Assembly: GCA_004298015.1 (NCBI GenBank)
Contig: SCSE01000009.1
Coordinates: 13,747-77,746 of the forward strand
Source of the DNA: Rhodanobacter sp.
Lineage (GTDB): Bacteria > Pseudomonadota > Gammaproteobacteria > Xanthomonadales > Rhodanobacteraceae
Reading direction: 5' to 3'
DNA length: 64,000 nucleotides
The translations under genes were made by a program, and so were the position numbers. The notes beneath the pieces were generated by a model. It was not told where the DNA came from. It saw nothing but the letters and a program-made list of their open reading frames with translations, and did not search any database. This document shows, one piece after another, positions 1 through 9,917 of this stretch; the first letter of the stretch is position 1, and every line of letters starts with the position of its first letter.

Positions 1-1
1 G

Positions 2-157
2 GACGAGGCGGCGGCACGGCAGGCGAAGAAGGAAGCCGAAGATGCGCTGGCCAATCGCAGCGACGCCCTCGAGATCGGCGAAGCCCAGGCCAAGCTGGCC
101 GAAGCGATGGCCCAGCTGCAGGCCTTGGAACGCCTGCGCAAGAATCTCAAGCACTGA
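2..157 (+). CDS. atpC: ATP synthase F1 epsilon subunit, C-terminal fragment (5' end outside the window)
   Basis: The frame is open from the window edge to TGA at 155-157. The tail ...EAEDALANRSDALEIGEAQAKLAEAMAQLQALERLRKNLKH looks like the helical C-terminal hairpin of epsilon. atpC lying upstream of glmU is a common gammaproteobacterial arrangement. Confidence 0.55.
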   Translation, partial: DEAAARQAKKEAEDALANRSDALEIGEAQAKLAEAMAQLQALERLRKNLKH

Positions 158-286
158 AACGGGCGCGCCCGGCGACCCTTGTCGCGCGCACCGCAGGTCG
201 TGCTGTGCACCCCACGATGACGCCGGTCTGCCGTGGCTCGCGCTGGAATCCGGAGCAGGCCAGCCGATGTGGCCAGCCTCCCGTTT

Positions 287-829
287 TTACAGGTGATGCA
301 TGCCACGGCGCAGCCAGCTGTCGAGCAGGGCCTTGTCGTAGCGCAGCGGGTCGGTGTTGCCCGGCATCGTCGCGCCGCTGGTCAGATAGCCGAGATTGCG
401 CAGCGTCCGCTTGCCTTCGCGGATGACCTGGCCGTCCTTGCCGGTCAAGCGGAATGTCAAATCGATGCGTGGCGGGTAGCGATCGCTCATGATCCGCACA
501 TGGCTCCACTGCGAGCCCAGCCATGGCTCATAGCCGCCAGCGAGCTGAATGTCGGTAATGGTCACCTCCAGCCGCTGGCCGGCCTTCAGCATCGGCGTGG
601 CGCGCTTGACCAGATAGGCCTTCAGCGGGCCGAGGTAATCCACGTTGTTATAGCGATCCTGCCAGCCATAGAAACGGTTTTCGGTGAACTGCTTCGGGTT
701 CGCATAGTTCACGCTCACGCGCGTATGGGCTGGCACTTCGGCGTGCGCACGGGTCGGCAAACTGACGCCGAGTACCAGCGCGAGACCGAGCACTGGAGCG
801 ACGAGGTAGCGGTTCATTCTGGCCATCAT
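287..829 (-). CDS. Secreted DUF3016-like protein
   Basis: Internal start MMARMNRYLVAPVLGLALVLGVSLPTRAHA (signal peptide) with GGAG just upstream on the minus strand. The rest of the 292-aa ORF upstream of this start looks non-coding (P/R/S-rich). Confidence 0.65.
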   Translation of the reverse strand: MMARMNRYLVAPVLGLALVLGVSLPTRAHAEVPAHTRVSVNYANPKQFTENRFYGWQDRYNNVDYLGPLKAYLVKRATPMLKAGQRLEVTITDIQLAGGYEPWLGSQWSHVRIMSDRYPPRIDLTFRLTGKDGQVIREGKRTLRNLGYLTSGATMPGNTDPLRYDKALLDSWLRRGMHHL

Positions 830-933
830 CCAGCTCCGGATTTCAGACAACCCTGGCCAGCTTAGCACCGGGTGCTTGCGTCCATGCTGCCGTGTGGCAG
901 CATGGATGCCATGTACTAGCCGGGAAGAAGCCG

Positions 934-1476
934 ATGCAGGGAGGACAGCCTGAAGGGTGGCGATGGGGCCTGGCCGTGATGTTGCTGCTGGCCGGCTGTG
1001 CCGCCCAGGAGCATCGCCCGTTGCCCAAGGCGCAAGGTGAGGCGTCCTGGAAGCAGGTGACCAAGCCTGGCACGGTCCGCTACTCGCTGGCGCTGGGTCA
1101 GGTTGCCAGTGGCGCCGCACCGTTCCAGCGGGTGGCGCCGATCTACCCGCCGTCACAGCTGGCAAGCTGTCCCACGCGGGTCGAGGTACAGGGGTTGCTG
1201 ATCGTGGATGCGCGCGGTCATGTCAGCGCGGTGCGGGTGGCTGACGCGTCCGCTGCCGATCCCGCCGGCCGCACATTCATTGATGCCGTGCGCACAGCCG
1301 CGCGGCAATGGCGATTCACACCGCTGCACATCGATCAGTGGGCTGCCGATGCCAGCGGCAACAGCCATCTGGTGGACCGCGAAACACGCCCGTTCAGCCT
1401 GAGCTACCGCTTCCGTTTCACGTGCCGTGCGGGACACGCGACGGTATCCACCCGCAGCGCCGGTGGCGGCCAGTGA
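934..1476 (+). CDS. TonB C-terminal-domain-like lipoprotein
   Basis: Start MQGGQ... is followed by the lipobox LLLAGC. The C-terminal part (APIYPPSQL...VEVQGLLIVDARGHV..., ...RQWRFTPL...) resembles the TonB_C energy-transducer fold. The start choice (934 vs 892) is uncertain. Confidence 0.5.
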   Translation: MQGGQPEGWRWGLAVMLLLAGCAAQEHRPLPKAQGEASWKQVTKPGTVRYSLALGQVASGAAPFQRVAPIYPPSQLASCPTRVEVQGLLIVDARGHVSAVRVADASAADPAGRTFIDAVRTAARQWRFTPLHIDQWAADASGNSHLVDRETRPFSLSYRFRFTCRAGHATVSTRSAGGGQ

Positions 1477-1546
1477 ACAAACCGGGGTGTCGGCGACGGG
1501 GGCTGCTATGCTTTTTTTCGATCCCCACGTTTGAAGGCTGAATGCG

Positions 1547-2920
1547 ATGAACCGAGCCCCGTTGCATGTGATTGTGCTCGCCGCCGGCGAGGGCAAGAGG
1601 ATGAAGTCGCGCCGACCCAAGGTGCTGATGCCGCTGGCCGGCCGGCCGTTGCTGGGGCACGTAATCGCCGCCGCCCGTGCCTTGCAGCCTGCCGCGATCC
1701 ATATCGTCCATGGTCATGCCGGTGAGCAGGTTCAGGCGGCCTTTGCCGAGCAGGCCGACTTGCGCTGGACCCATCAGGCGGAGCGTCTGGGTACCGGGCA
1801 TGCGGTGCAGCAGGCGCTCAAGGCGGTGCCGGACCCGGCGCAGGTGCTGGTGTTGTACGGCGATGTGCCGCTGATCCGGGTCGAGACGCTGCACCAGCTG
1901 GTACAGACCGAGGCGCTGTTGTGCCTGCTGACGACCCGGCTGGATCAGCCCCACGGCTACGGTCGCGTGTTGCGTGATGGTAACGGTGAAGTGCGCGACG
2001 TGATCGAGGAAAAGGACGCCGACGCCGCGCAGCGCGCGATGACCCTGGTCAACACCGGCATCCTGGCGGCCGACGCGCAAGCCTTGCGCGGCTGGACACG
2101 CCGACTGGACCGCAACAATGCCCAGGCGGAGTACTACCTCACCGATATCTTCCGCATGGCGGCCGGGGAAGGTCGTGCCGCGCTAAGCGTCGAATGTGCC
2201 GACCCGGTCGAGGCCGGCGGCGCCAATGATCCGTGGCAATTGACCCAGCTGGAAGCGCAGTACCGCCTGCGCTGTGCCCGCGAACTGGCGCTGGCAGGCG
2301 TGCGTCTGGCCGATCCGGCACGCATCGATGTCCGCGGTGCGGTAACCACGGGTAGCGATGTCGAGCTCGATGTCGACGTGATCCTGGAGGGTCGTGTGGT
2401 ACTCGGTGACGATGTGCACATCGGTGCCTTTACCCGGCTCAAGGACGTGGAGCTGGCGACCGGCACGGTGGTACACCCGCATTGCGACCTCGACGGCGTG
2501 ATCACCCACGGTCCGTGCACGATCGGGCCGTTCGCGCGGTTACGCCCCGGTACCGAACTGGCCGCTGGCGTGCATGTCGGCAACTTCGTCGAAACCAAGA
2601 AAACCCGCATCGGTGAGAACAGCAAGGCCAACCATCTCAGCTACCTTGGCGACTGCGTGATCGGTGGCGGCGTGAATGTGGGTGCCGGAACCATCACCTG
2701 CAACTACGACGGTGCCAACAAGTTCATCACCCGCATCGAGGACGGTGCCTTTATCGGCTCCAACAGCGCGCTGGTGGCGCCGGTGACGATCGGCACGCAA
2801 GCCACCATCGGTGCCGGCTCGGTGATCACCCGCGATGCACCGGCCGGCGAACTCACCGTGGCGCGAGGCCGGCAGCACACGCTGCATGGCTGGCAGCGGC
2901 CGCTGAAGAAGCCCACCTGA
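1547..2920 (+). CDS. glmU: Bifunctional UDP-N-acetylglucosamine diphosphorylase / glucosamine-1-phosphate N-acetyltransferase
   Basis: 457 aa. N-terminal [11 protein letters not shown] nucleotidyltransferase motif and a C-terminal hexapeptide-repeat (left-handed beta-helix) acetyltransferase region. Confidence 0.95.
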   Translation: MNRAPLHVIVLAAGEGKRMKSRRPKVLMPLAGRPLLGHVIAAARALQPAAIHIVHGHAGEQVQAAFAEQADLRWTHQAERLGTGHAVQQALKAVPDPAQVLVLYGDVPLIRVETLHQLVQTEALLCLLTTRLDQPHGYGRVLRDGNGEVRDVIEEKDADAAQRAMTLVNTGILAADAQALRGWTRRLDRNNAQAEYYLTDIFRMAAGEGRAALSVECADPVEAGGANDPWQLTQLEAQYRLRCARELALAGVRLADPARIDVRGAVTTGSDVELDVDVILEGRVVLGDDVHIGAFTRLKDVELATGTVVHPHCDLDGVITHGPCTIGPFARLRPGTELAAGVHVGNFVETKKTRIGENSKANHLSYLGDCVIGGGVNVGAGTITCNYDGANKFITRIEDGAFIGSNSALVAPVTIGTQATIGAGSVITRDAPAGELTVARGRQHTLHGWQRPLKKPT

Positions 2921-3021
2921 GCGATTTCGGCTTCCAGCACAACCGGCTTCGGCGAACACTGTCGCGCTTCGAAGGGCGTCTGCTGGCGGCAAGTGGCAAG
3001 CCCTCACCTCCGGAGATCTGC

Positions 3022-3447
3022 ATGTCGACATCGAACATCGTCGTGACCGAGCTGGTCAGCGAGCAGGTTTTGCGGGTCATCGGTGGAGGGCTCGACAGCT
3101 TCAACGACGAAGTCACCGGTTACGCCGATAGACGTCCGCTGGCGGTGATCGTGAAAGATCCTGAATCGGGCGACGTGCTTGGCGGAGCTACCGGGCGGAC
3201 CTCGCTGGGGCTGTTGTTTCTCGACCTGTTTTACTTGCCGACGTCACTTCGCGGCGAGGGCCTGGGGAGGCGCGTGCTCGAAATGTTCGAAAACGAGGGT
3301 CGAAAGCGTGGGTGCCGCGCTGCCGTGCTTTACACGATCAGCTTTCAGGCCCCGGGCTTTTACCAGCGCCATGGGTGGCGCGTGTTTGGCGAGATCGCCT
3401 GTGAGCCGGCCGGTACGCGCCGTGTATTCATGACAAAAGCCCTGTGA
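3022..3447 (+). CDS. GNAT family N-acetyltransferase
   Basis: 141 aa. Has a GNAT acetyl-CoA-binding-like core (LRGEGLGRRVLEMFENEGRKRGC...YQRHGW). Confidence 0.75.
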   Translation: MSTSNIVVTELVSEQVLRVIGGGLDSFNDEVTGYADRRPLAVIVKDPESGDVLGGATGRTSLGLLFLDLFYLPTSLRGEGLGRRVLEMFENEGRKRGCRAAVLYTISFQAPGFYQRHGWRVFGEIACEPAGTRRVFMTKAL

Positions 3448-3482
3448 TCGCGGGCTTTCCCCATGGCGCGGAGCAAGGCGCC

Positions 3483-4505
3483 TCACGCATAGCGCCAGCC
3501 ATCGATCTCCACCAGCAGCTCGCCACGGCAGATGTCGCCGTGCAGTAACAGCACCGGAACTCCGGGCAGGCGTTCGTGAATGAAGCGGCGTACCTGCGCG
3601 GCATCGCCCGGGCAACGCACATAGGCTTTCAGCGGCGAATGCGTGTCCAGGCCCGACGGCATGCCGGCGTTTCGCAACAAGGCGTCGAGATTGGTAAAGG
3701 TTTCGAGCAGTTGTTGCTGGAGATCGTCGGCGTGGGCTGAGGCGTGGCCGACCACGGCAGCCGTGCCGGAAATCGCCAGCGCATCGCCCGCCGGCAGGAT
3801 CGTCGCGCGGGCGAAGCTGGGTGGGGTGCGGCCGTATTGCCGGGGGTAGCGCCAGGCACTGGTCTGGCGCGGATTTTCCACCGCCGTACCGGGCTGGTCG
3901 CTGGCCAGCAGGTAGACCTGCAGTTGCTGCGCACCCGCATGGTGGCCAATCGCGGTGGCAGCGGGGAAGCCGTCGATGAAGAAGTCGCCCATGCCGGCAA
4001 CCCGGCCGTCGCAAAACCGCTTGTAACGCTCGTCGTCGCCTTCGCCCTGGTTGATCGCGTCCAGATAATTCCATACCCGCAGCACATGATGCTCGGCACG
4101 ATTCGTGACGAACTGATGCAGCAGCCGGTAGGCCTTTGCCGCGGTGGCGTCGGGTCCGCCGTGATCGTTCTCGTCGAGCTCGAGCGCGGCAAACAGCCAG
4201 CCGTCGCCGTCCGACCAGCGCACCGGGCCGTCATGGCCATGACGCACCGGGCCATCGACCTGCCACACCTCCAGCGCGGCAGGTTCCTCGAACGGCTCCA
4301 GCGCGACGCGCAGCCAACGGGGGTCCTGGTGCAGGGGTGCGTCGGCGCCAAAGCCGAACACTGCCAGCGTGCCGGGTTCGTCGAGTGCCCGGGCGGGGTC
4401 GGTCATGCGGTAGGAAATGTGTGGCGCGCGACGGGGCATCGGCTCGGGTTGCGGGTTTTCAGATCCCTGAATCATGACAGCTGGCCGGAACGACAAGGGC
4501 GCCAT
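3483..4505 (-). CDS. xanB2: Chorismatase, FkbO/Hyg5/XanB2 family (hydroxybenzoate starter-unit synthesis)
   Basis: The C-terminal 330-340 aa of the 446-aa ORF resemble XanB2-type chorismate-transforming enzymes (YjgF-like C-terminal half). Start at 4505 was chosen because GGAG lies 8 nt upstream (GGAGTGTAACATG). The alternative start is 4475. Confidence 0.75.
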   Translation of the reverse strand: MAPLSFRPAVMIQGSENPQPEPMPRRAPHISYRMTDPARALDEPGTLAVFGFGADAPLHQDPRWLRVALEPFEEPAALEVWQVDGPVRHGHDGPVRWSDGDGWLFAALELDENDHGGPDATAAKAYRLLHQFVTNRAEHHVLRVWNYLDAINQGEGDDERYKRFCDGRVAGMGDFFIDGFPAATAIGHHAGAQQLQVYLLASDQPGTAVENPRQTSAWRYPRQYGRTPPSFARATILPAGDALAISGTAAVVGHASAHADDLQQQLLETFTNLDALLRNAGMPSGLDTHSPLKAYVRCPGDAAQVRRFIHERLPGVPVLLLHGDICRGELLVEIDGWRYA

Positions 4506-4565
4506 GTTACACTCCGCGACCGCTGCCGTCGGCGGGAGGCACTCAACGGGACTACGGAATCGAGC

Positions 4566-4835
4566 ATGGCAGAGCAGACGGCAGCGCAGTATGAATTGGC
4601 CACCCTGATGGTCGAATGCCTGAATCTCGAGGACGTGGATGCGGCGGGGATCGATCCCGACGCACCGTTGTTCGGTGGCGAGCTGGGCCTGGATTCGATC
4701 GACGCGCTGGAAGTGGCGCTGGCCGTATCCAGGCACTATGGGTTCCAGTTGCGTTCGGACAATCCCGACAATCGGAACATTTTTGCCAGTCTTGGCGCAC
4801 TTTCCGCACATATCGAGCAACATCGGCCGCGTTGA
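4566..4835 (+). CDS. Acyl carrier protein (phosphopantetheine-binding)
   Basis: 89 aa with the LGLDSIDALEV phosphopantetheine attachment motif. Divergent from xanB2 with only about 60 nt between the two starts. Confidence 0.85.
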   Translation: MAEQTAAQYELATLMVECLNLEDVDAAGIDPDAPLFGGELGLDSIDALEVALAVSRHYGFQLRSDNPDNRNIFASLGALSAHIEQHRPR

Positions 4836-4926
4836 GGTTGCCGGGATCTGCCCGCACTACGGGCGTCGTCACCCCGTGTATCGCGGTCTCATGTCACGCT
4901 GGCCGCTCAGGACCACCGAATCCCGC

Positions 4927-5646
4927 ATGAGTTTGCCCTTGCCGACCACCGAGATGCCACCACGCCGCTATCCGCTGTGGCTACTGCCAGGCTACCTGTT
5001 GCTGGCGGTCGTCGGTGTGCTGACCAACCAGCAGATTTTCTCGCTGCTGGCCTTGTCCGTGCTGCTGACCGCGTTGATGTGGCCGCGGCTGCTCGGGCGC
5101 CAGCTGAGGGGGTGGCTGGTCTGGCTGGGTGCGCTCGGGGTACTTGGACTGCTTTGGCGATACCGCCTGGCCGACTTGCTGCTGGAGGCGGTCCCGCTGT
5201 TGGTCAGCGCGCTGCTGGCGTATGGGTTCGGTCGCACCCTGGCCACGGCGGAACCGCTGGTCGCCCGTTTCATCGTCGTGCTGGAAGGCCCCGAGCGTCT
5301 CGCTCAGCCCGGTGTTGCCCGTTACGCGCGTCAGGTGACCTGGTACTGGACCTTGTTGTTGAGCGGGCAGGCGTTGTTGCTGAGCATACTGCTGGTGGCG
5401 GGAAGACCTGCTGGTCCGCTGGCCCGTTTCGGCGCTTCCGTGCCCTGGCATTTTTCCGAACGGCTGGCGGCGGGTTGGCTGCATTTCGGCGGTTATCTGC
5501 TGATCCTGGCGGCGTTTGCGCTGGAATACGCGTATCGCCGCTGGCACCTGCGCCACCTGGAGCACCTTTCCCCGCGACAGACGATCACCCAGCTGATCCG
5601 GCACTGGCCGCAACTGGTGGGCAGTCGTGATTCGGTGGCCTCATGA
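4927..5646 (+). CDS. Multi-pass inner-membrane protein of the aryl-polyene cluster
   Basis: Several hydrophobic helices (YLLLAVVGVL..., LVWLGALGVLGLLW..., TWYWTLLLSGQALLLSILLVA...). Its stop overlaps the next start as ATGA. The start is uncertain (4927 or 4891). Confidence 0.55.
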   Translation: MSLPLPTTEMPPRRYPLWLLPGYLLLAVVGVLTNQQIFSLLALSVLLTALMWPRLLGRQLRGWLVWLGALGVLGLLWRYRLADLLLEAVPLLVSALLAYGFGRTLATAEPLVARFIVVLEGPERLAQPGVARYARQVTWYWTLLLSGQALLLSILLVAGRPAGPLARFGASVPWHFSERLAAGWLHFGGYLLILAAFALEYAYRRWHLRHLEHLSPRQTITQLIRHWPQLVGSRDSVAS

Positions 5647-5942
5647 ACGACAGCCGATTCATCCAGCGATGGTCCGTCGACGCCGACCATCCGGCATTTC
5701 CAGGTCATTTCCCGGGCCGGCCCCTGGTGCCGGGCGTGCTGTTGCTGGAGCGCGTTGCGCTGGCGTTGCGCGCCTGGCGCGGGCAGCGCCTGGTGCGGGT
5801 GCGGGAGGCGAAGTTCCTGGCGCCCTTGCTACCGGCGCAAGAGGCCGAGCTGGAACTGGTGGCAGCCGGCGCGCAGATACGTTTCGAGATTCGCAGCGCC
5901 GGCGTGCTGCTGGCGCGCGGCACCGTCGAGGGGGCCGCATGA
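5643..5942 (+). CDS. Hot-dog fold (FabA/FabZ-like) hydroxyacyl-ACP dehydratase
   Basis: 99 aa with the HPAFPGHFPGRPLVPGVLLLE motif typical of FabZ-like dehydratases. ATGA overlaps at both ends. Confidence 0.7.
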   Translation: MNDSRFIQRWSVDADHPAFPGHFPGRPLVPGVLLLERVALALRAWRGQRLVRVREAKFLAPLLPAQEAELELVAAGAQIRFEIRSAGVLLARGTVEGAA

Positions 5943-6895
5943 GCGCCAGCGAGCACTGGCAGAGCCGACCTGAAGGCGGCGGCCGCTTTGCACTGTGGCT
6001 GATCCGCAGCATTGCCCTGTATGGCGGGCGTCGGGTTGCCCGCGTCTGCCTGTATCCGATCACCCTGTATTTCTTCCTGCGCCGCAGGCCTGAACGGCGC
6101 GCCTCGCGGCACTATCTGCAGCGCGTATTCGGGCGCCCGGCGACAGCGTGGCAGGTACTGCGGCACATCCATTGCTTTGCCGCGACGATCCTGGACCGGA
6201 TCTTTTTGCTGGCGCAGGGCGAAAAGCCGTTCCGGATCGAGACCCAGGGGCTGGAACTGCTCGAGCAGCGGATTGCCGACGGCCGTGGGGTGCTGTTGTT
6301 CGGTTCACACCAGGGCAGTTTCGAGGCCTTGCGGGTGATCGCCGCGCGGCGTCCTGAGATGCCGCTGCGAGTGGTGCTGGACAAGCAGAAAACACCGGGC
6401 ATGACTGCGCTGTTCGACGCGCTGGCGCCGGAGCTCGGTGCCGGGATCATCGACGCCTCACGGGACGGTACCTCGATCGCGCTGGCGATGGCCGAAGCCT
6501 GCCAGGGCGGCGCGGTGGTGGCCATGCTGGCCGATCGCGGCCGTGGGCATGAGGTGTTGCGCCACGCACCGCTGCTGGGTTCACCGGCGCCGTTTCCGGT
6601 CAGCCCCTGGCTGCTGGCTCATGCATTGAAGGTGCCGGTGGTACTGTGCTTCGGCTTGTATCTGGGCGGCAACCGTTACCGGCTGGTTTTCGAGCCGATG
6701 GCCGATCGGGTCGAAATTCCCCGCCACGGTCGTGGTCCGGCCCTGGATGCCTTGATCGGCCGTTACGCCCAACGCCTGGAACACTATGTCCGTGTCGCTC
6801 CCTACAACTGGTTCAATTTCTATGACTTCTGGCAAGACACTGGCGCTTGTGCTGAGTCTGCTGTTGCCGCTGTCGGCGAACGCGTCGGTACCTGA
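5939..6895 (+). CDS. Lysophospholipid / lipid-A-type (LpxL-HtrB-like) acyltransferase
   Basis: 318 aa. N-terminal membrane-associated helix and a GSHQGSFE (HX4E/D-like) acyltransferase motif. This is the usual position for such a gene in aryl-polyene clusters. Confidence 0.75.
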   Translation: MSASEHWQSRPEGGGRFALWLIRSIALYGGRRVARVCLYPITLYFFLRRRPERRASRHYLQRVFGRPATAWQVLRHIHCFAATILDRIFLLAQGEKPFRIETQGLELLEQRIADGRGVLLFGSHQGSFEALRVIAARRPEMPLRVVLDKQKTPGMTALFDALAPELGAGIIDASRDGTSIALAMAEACQGGAVVAMLADRGRGHEVLRHAPLLGSPAPFPVSPWLLAHALKVPVVLCFGLYLGGNRYRLVFEPMADRVEIPRHGRGPALDALIGRYAQRLEHYVRVAPYNWFNFYDFWQDTGACAESAVAAVGERVGT

Positions 6896-7481
6896 GCCGG
6901 GCGCATCGGCGCTGACGCCGGCGACCCGTGCGCTGATCGCCTCGCTGGGTCAGCCCGCGCCCGCACGCACCGCCTTTGCGGAGGCGCGGTTCATGCACGT
7001 GCTGGATCGGCCGCTGGTGATTTCCGGTGAGCTGGCGTGGCTTGGCGGCGACCACCTCGAGCGACAGGTCAGGCAGCCCAGGCCGGAACTGGCCAGCATC
7101 GCCGGAGGCAAGGTGACACTGCAGCGGGCCGGCAAGAGGGCGCGCCATTTTTCCCTCAGCCGCGCACCGCAACTGCAGGTGTTGCTGGACAGTTTCGTGG
7201 CCTTGTTGAGTGGCGATGCCAACCGCCTTGCGACCACGTTCACGATCCGGCGCAGCGGCACCGCCGCGCAATGGCAGCTGACCCTGGTGCCGCGTGACGC
7301 GCATGTGGCCGGCAGCGTGGCCAGCATCGAGGTGGATGGCGCCGGCAGGCAATCCCGCTGCATGCGCGTCCACCAGGCCAACGGCGATCTGGCGGTCGAC
7401 CTGCTGGGGCCGTTGGCAGCGAAGATGCCGACGGCGCCAACCCGGGAATCCCTGCAGGTACTGTGTCGGGGCGGTTCCTGA
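6822..7481 (+). CDS. LolA-like outer-membrane lipoprotein-carrier-related protein
   Basis: Signal peptide MTSGKTLALVLSLLLPLSANA. Size and cluster position match the LolA-like protein of aryl-polyene clusters. The start overlaps the upstream gene by 74 nt. Confidence 0.5.
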   Translation: MTSGKTLALVLSLLLPLSANASVPEPGASALTPATRALIASLGQPAPARTAFAEARFMHVLDRPLVISGELAWLGGDHLERQVRQPRPELASIAGGKVTLQRAGKRARHFSLSRAPQLQVLLDSFVALLSGDANRLATTFTIRRSGTAAQWQLTLVPRDAHVAGSVASIEVDGAGRQSRCMRVHQANGDLAVDLLGPLAAKMPTAPTRESLQVLCRGGS

Positions 7482-7484
7482 GTC

Positions 7485-9917
7485 ATGAAGGGGCGCGGGC
7501 GCGGGCGCGCTGCGCTGCTGCTGGTCTGGTTGCTGCTGCTGGCGGGGCTTGGCCTGTTCGTCGTCAAGCGACTGAACGTCAGCACTGACCTGCGCAGCTT
7601 CATGCCGGCACCGACCACGCCCGATCAACGGTTGTTGATGGAGCAGGTCGGCGATGGGCCCGGCTCGCGCCTGTTGCTGCTGGCCCTTCGCGAGGCCTGC
7701 CCCGCGGCAACGGCGCCGGCTGCTGCGGGCAAGAAGGCGGCAGGGCATGGGTCGGTCACGCGCAGCGCGACCGTGGCGTGTGCTCGTGACACGCCGTCCG
7801 TCGATGCCCGGCTAGCCGCGTTGAGCCAGGGCCTGGTCGGCAAGTTGCAGCACGACCCCCGCTACAGCCAGGTACTCGACGGCAGCTTTGCGCTGGGCGC
7901 CCTGGACTCGCGTCTGTTGCCGTACCGCTACCTGCTGTCGCCGACGCTGGATACGCAGCCGCTGGACGAAGCGTATCTGGCCGATCAGTTGCGCCAGCGG
8001 CTGGATGATCTTTCTTCGCCGGCGGCCGGCCTGCTGCAGGGGTTGTTGCCGCGCGATCCGATCCTGGAAGTGCTGAAACTGGCCGAGCAGTGGGCACCAC
8101 CGAAGTCGCCGCAGATGCGTGACGGCGTCTGGTTTTCGAAGCGGCACGAGGCGCTGCTGCTGGTGCAGACGGTGGCGCCGGGCTTCGATCCGACCGCCCA
8201 GCAGCAGGCGATCGATGGCATCCGGCAGGCGTTTCAGGCGTTGCCCGGCAGCGCCGGTGCCACGTTGGAATTCAGCGGACCGGGTTACTTCAGCGTGCTG
8301 GTGGCGGCGCAGACCCGGCAGCAGGCCGACTGGATCGGCCGGATTTCCACCGTCGGCTTCATCGCCCTGCTGCTGCTGGCCTATCGCAGCATCAGCTCGC
8401 TGCTGCTGTCGGCGTTGCCGATTGCCAGCGCCGCGCTGGCCGGCATTGCGGTGCTGACGCTGGTGTTTCCCGCGGTGCACGGGATCACCTTGGCGTTCGG
8501 CTTCACCTTGCTCGGGGTGGCGCAGGAATACCCGATACGGGTGCTCAGCCATCGTCGCGCCGGTGAGGATGCGCTGAGCAGCGTGCGTGCGCTGTGGCCG
8601 TTGCTGCTGACCGCGATCGCCTCGGCCTGCATCGCCTACCTGGCGTTCTACGCGTCCGGTGTGAACGGTCTGAAGCAGCTGGCGGTATTCACCATCGTCG
8701 GTCTGCTGGTGGCCGGCTTCAGCACCCGTTATCTGCTGGTGCGACTGTTGCCGGTGCGGGTACGTGACGTGGCCGACATGCGCTGGCTGGCGAAAGCGCG
8801 GGACCTCGTCGACCGGCTGCCGCGACCGCGCTGGATACCCGCCCTGGTGGCGCTGGCGATCGTGCTGATGCTGGTATTGGCGCCGGGTCCGTTCTGGCAG
8901 AACAACCTTGCTGCGCTGACCCCGGTTCCGCCGCAACTGTTGCAACGCGACGCGCGCCTGCGTGAGGCGCTGGGTGCGCCCGATGTGCGCTATTTGCTGG
9001 TGCTGCAGGCACCGAGCGCGCAGGGCGTGCTGGCACTGTCCGAGCGGTTGCAGCCGCAGGTGGACCGCTTGATCGCCCGCCACGCGGTCGACGCGCTGGA
9101 ATTGCCGTCACGCTATCTGCCCAGCGTCGCGGTGCAGGAGGCGCGACAGCGAAAATTGCCGGACCGTGCGACCTTGCAGCATGAACTCGCCGCGGCTTCG
9201 AAGGGCCTGCCATTCCGTGCCGGTCTGTTCCAGCCGTTTGTCGACGACGTCGAAGCGGCGCGAAAGTTGACGCCGCTGACGCCGCAGCGCTATGCGAAGA
9301 CACCGCTGGGTCAGCGGCTGGCGGCGATGCTGGTGCATCGCGATGGGCACTGGCTCGGCCTGGGCACGGTCAGCGGAGTACACGATCTGGCGGCCTTGCG
9401 GGCCCTGGGTGCCGGCAGCGACGGCAGGGTGCGCCTGTTGGACCTGAAGGCCGCATCGGAATCGCTGGTGGCGGCGTATCGCACCCGCATCCTGCAGGCG
9501 CTGCTGGTCGCCACCGTGCTGCTGGTGCTGACCATCACCTTCGCGTTGCGCAGCCTGCGGCGGGCCTGGCACGTGCTGGCGCCGATGACCCTGGCAACCT
9601 TTCTGGTACTGGCCGTGGAACGCATGGCCGGGATCGAGATTTCGCTGTTCCACCTGATCGCGCTGATTCTCGCCGGCGGGCTGGGCCTGCATTACGCCTT
9701 GTTCTTCGAACGCGATACCGGCGACCCGGCGGAGCAGCGGCGCACCTTGCACGCGACCCTGGTCTGCGTGCTGTCCGCCTTGCTGGTGTTCGGCATGCTG
9801 GCGTGGGCCAGCATCCCGGTGTTGCGCGCCATCGGCTTGACGGTCAGTCTTGGTGTCGCCTTCCACTTCTGCCTGTCGATCCTGATGGCACCGCACTCGC
9901 ATGCTTCCGAAGACTGA
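7485..9917 (+). CDS. MMPL/RND-superfamily exporter
   Basis: 810 aa. Two blocks of about 5-6 transmembrane helices are separated by large soluble loops, which is the typical aryl-polyene export component. Confidence 0.85.
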   Translation: MKGRGRGRAALLLVWLLLLAGLGLFVVKRLNVSTDLRSFMPAPTTPDQRLLMEQVGDGPGSRLLLLALREACPAATAPAAAGKKAAGHGSVTRSATVACARDTPSVDARLAALSQGLVGKLQHDPRYSQVLDGSFALGALDSRLLPYRYLLSPTLDTQPLDEAYLADQLRQRLDDLSSPAAGLLQGLLPRDPILEVLKLAEQWAPPKSPQMRDGVWFSKRHEALLLVQTVAPGFDPTAQQQAIDGIRQAFQALPGSAGATLEFSGPGYFSVLVAAQTRQQADWIGRISTVGFIALLLLAYRSISSLLLSALPIASAALAGIAVLTLVFPAVHGITLAFGFTLLGVAQEYPIRVLSHRRAGEDALSSVRALWPLLLTAIASACIAYLAFYASGVNGLKQLAVFTIVGLLVAGFSTRYLLVRLLPVRVRDVADMRWLAKARDLVDRLPRPRWIPALVALAIVLMLVLAPGPFWQNNLAALTPVPPQLLQRDARLREALGAPDVRYLLVLQAPSAQGVLALSERLQPQVDRLIARHAVDALELPSRYLPSVAVQEARQRKLPDRATLQHELAAASKGLPFRAGLFQPFVDDVEAARKLTPLTPQRYAKTPLGQRLAAMLVHRDGHWLGLGTVSGVHDLAALRALGAGSDGRVRLLDLKAASESLVAAYRTRILQALLVATVLLVLTITFALRSLRRAWHVLAPMTLATFLVLAVERMAGIEISLFHLIALILAGGLGLHYALFFERDTGDPAEQRRTLHATLVCVLSALLVFGMLAWASIPVLRAIGLTVSLGVAFHFCLSILMAPHSHASED

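Noticed and set aside
4506-4565. The 60-nt xanB2/ACP divergent spacer as a candidate regulatory element.
   Set aside because: It is too short and G+C-rich for me to identify -35/-10 hexamers or an operator. The promoters probably lie inside the opposing coding regions, and I cannot support a specific site call.
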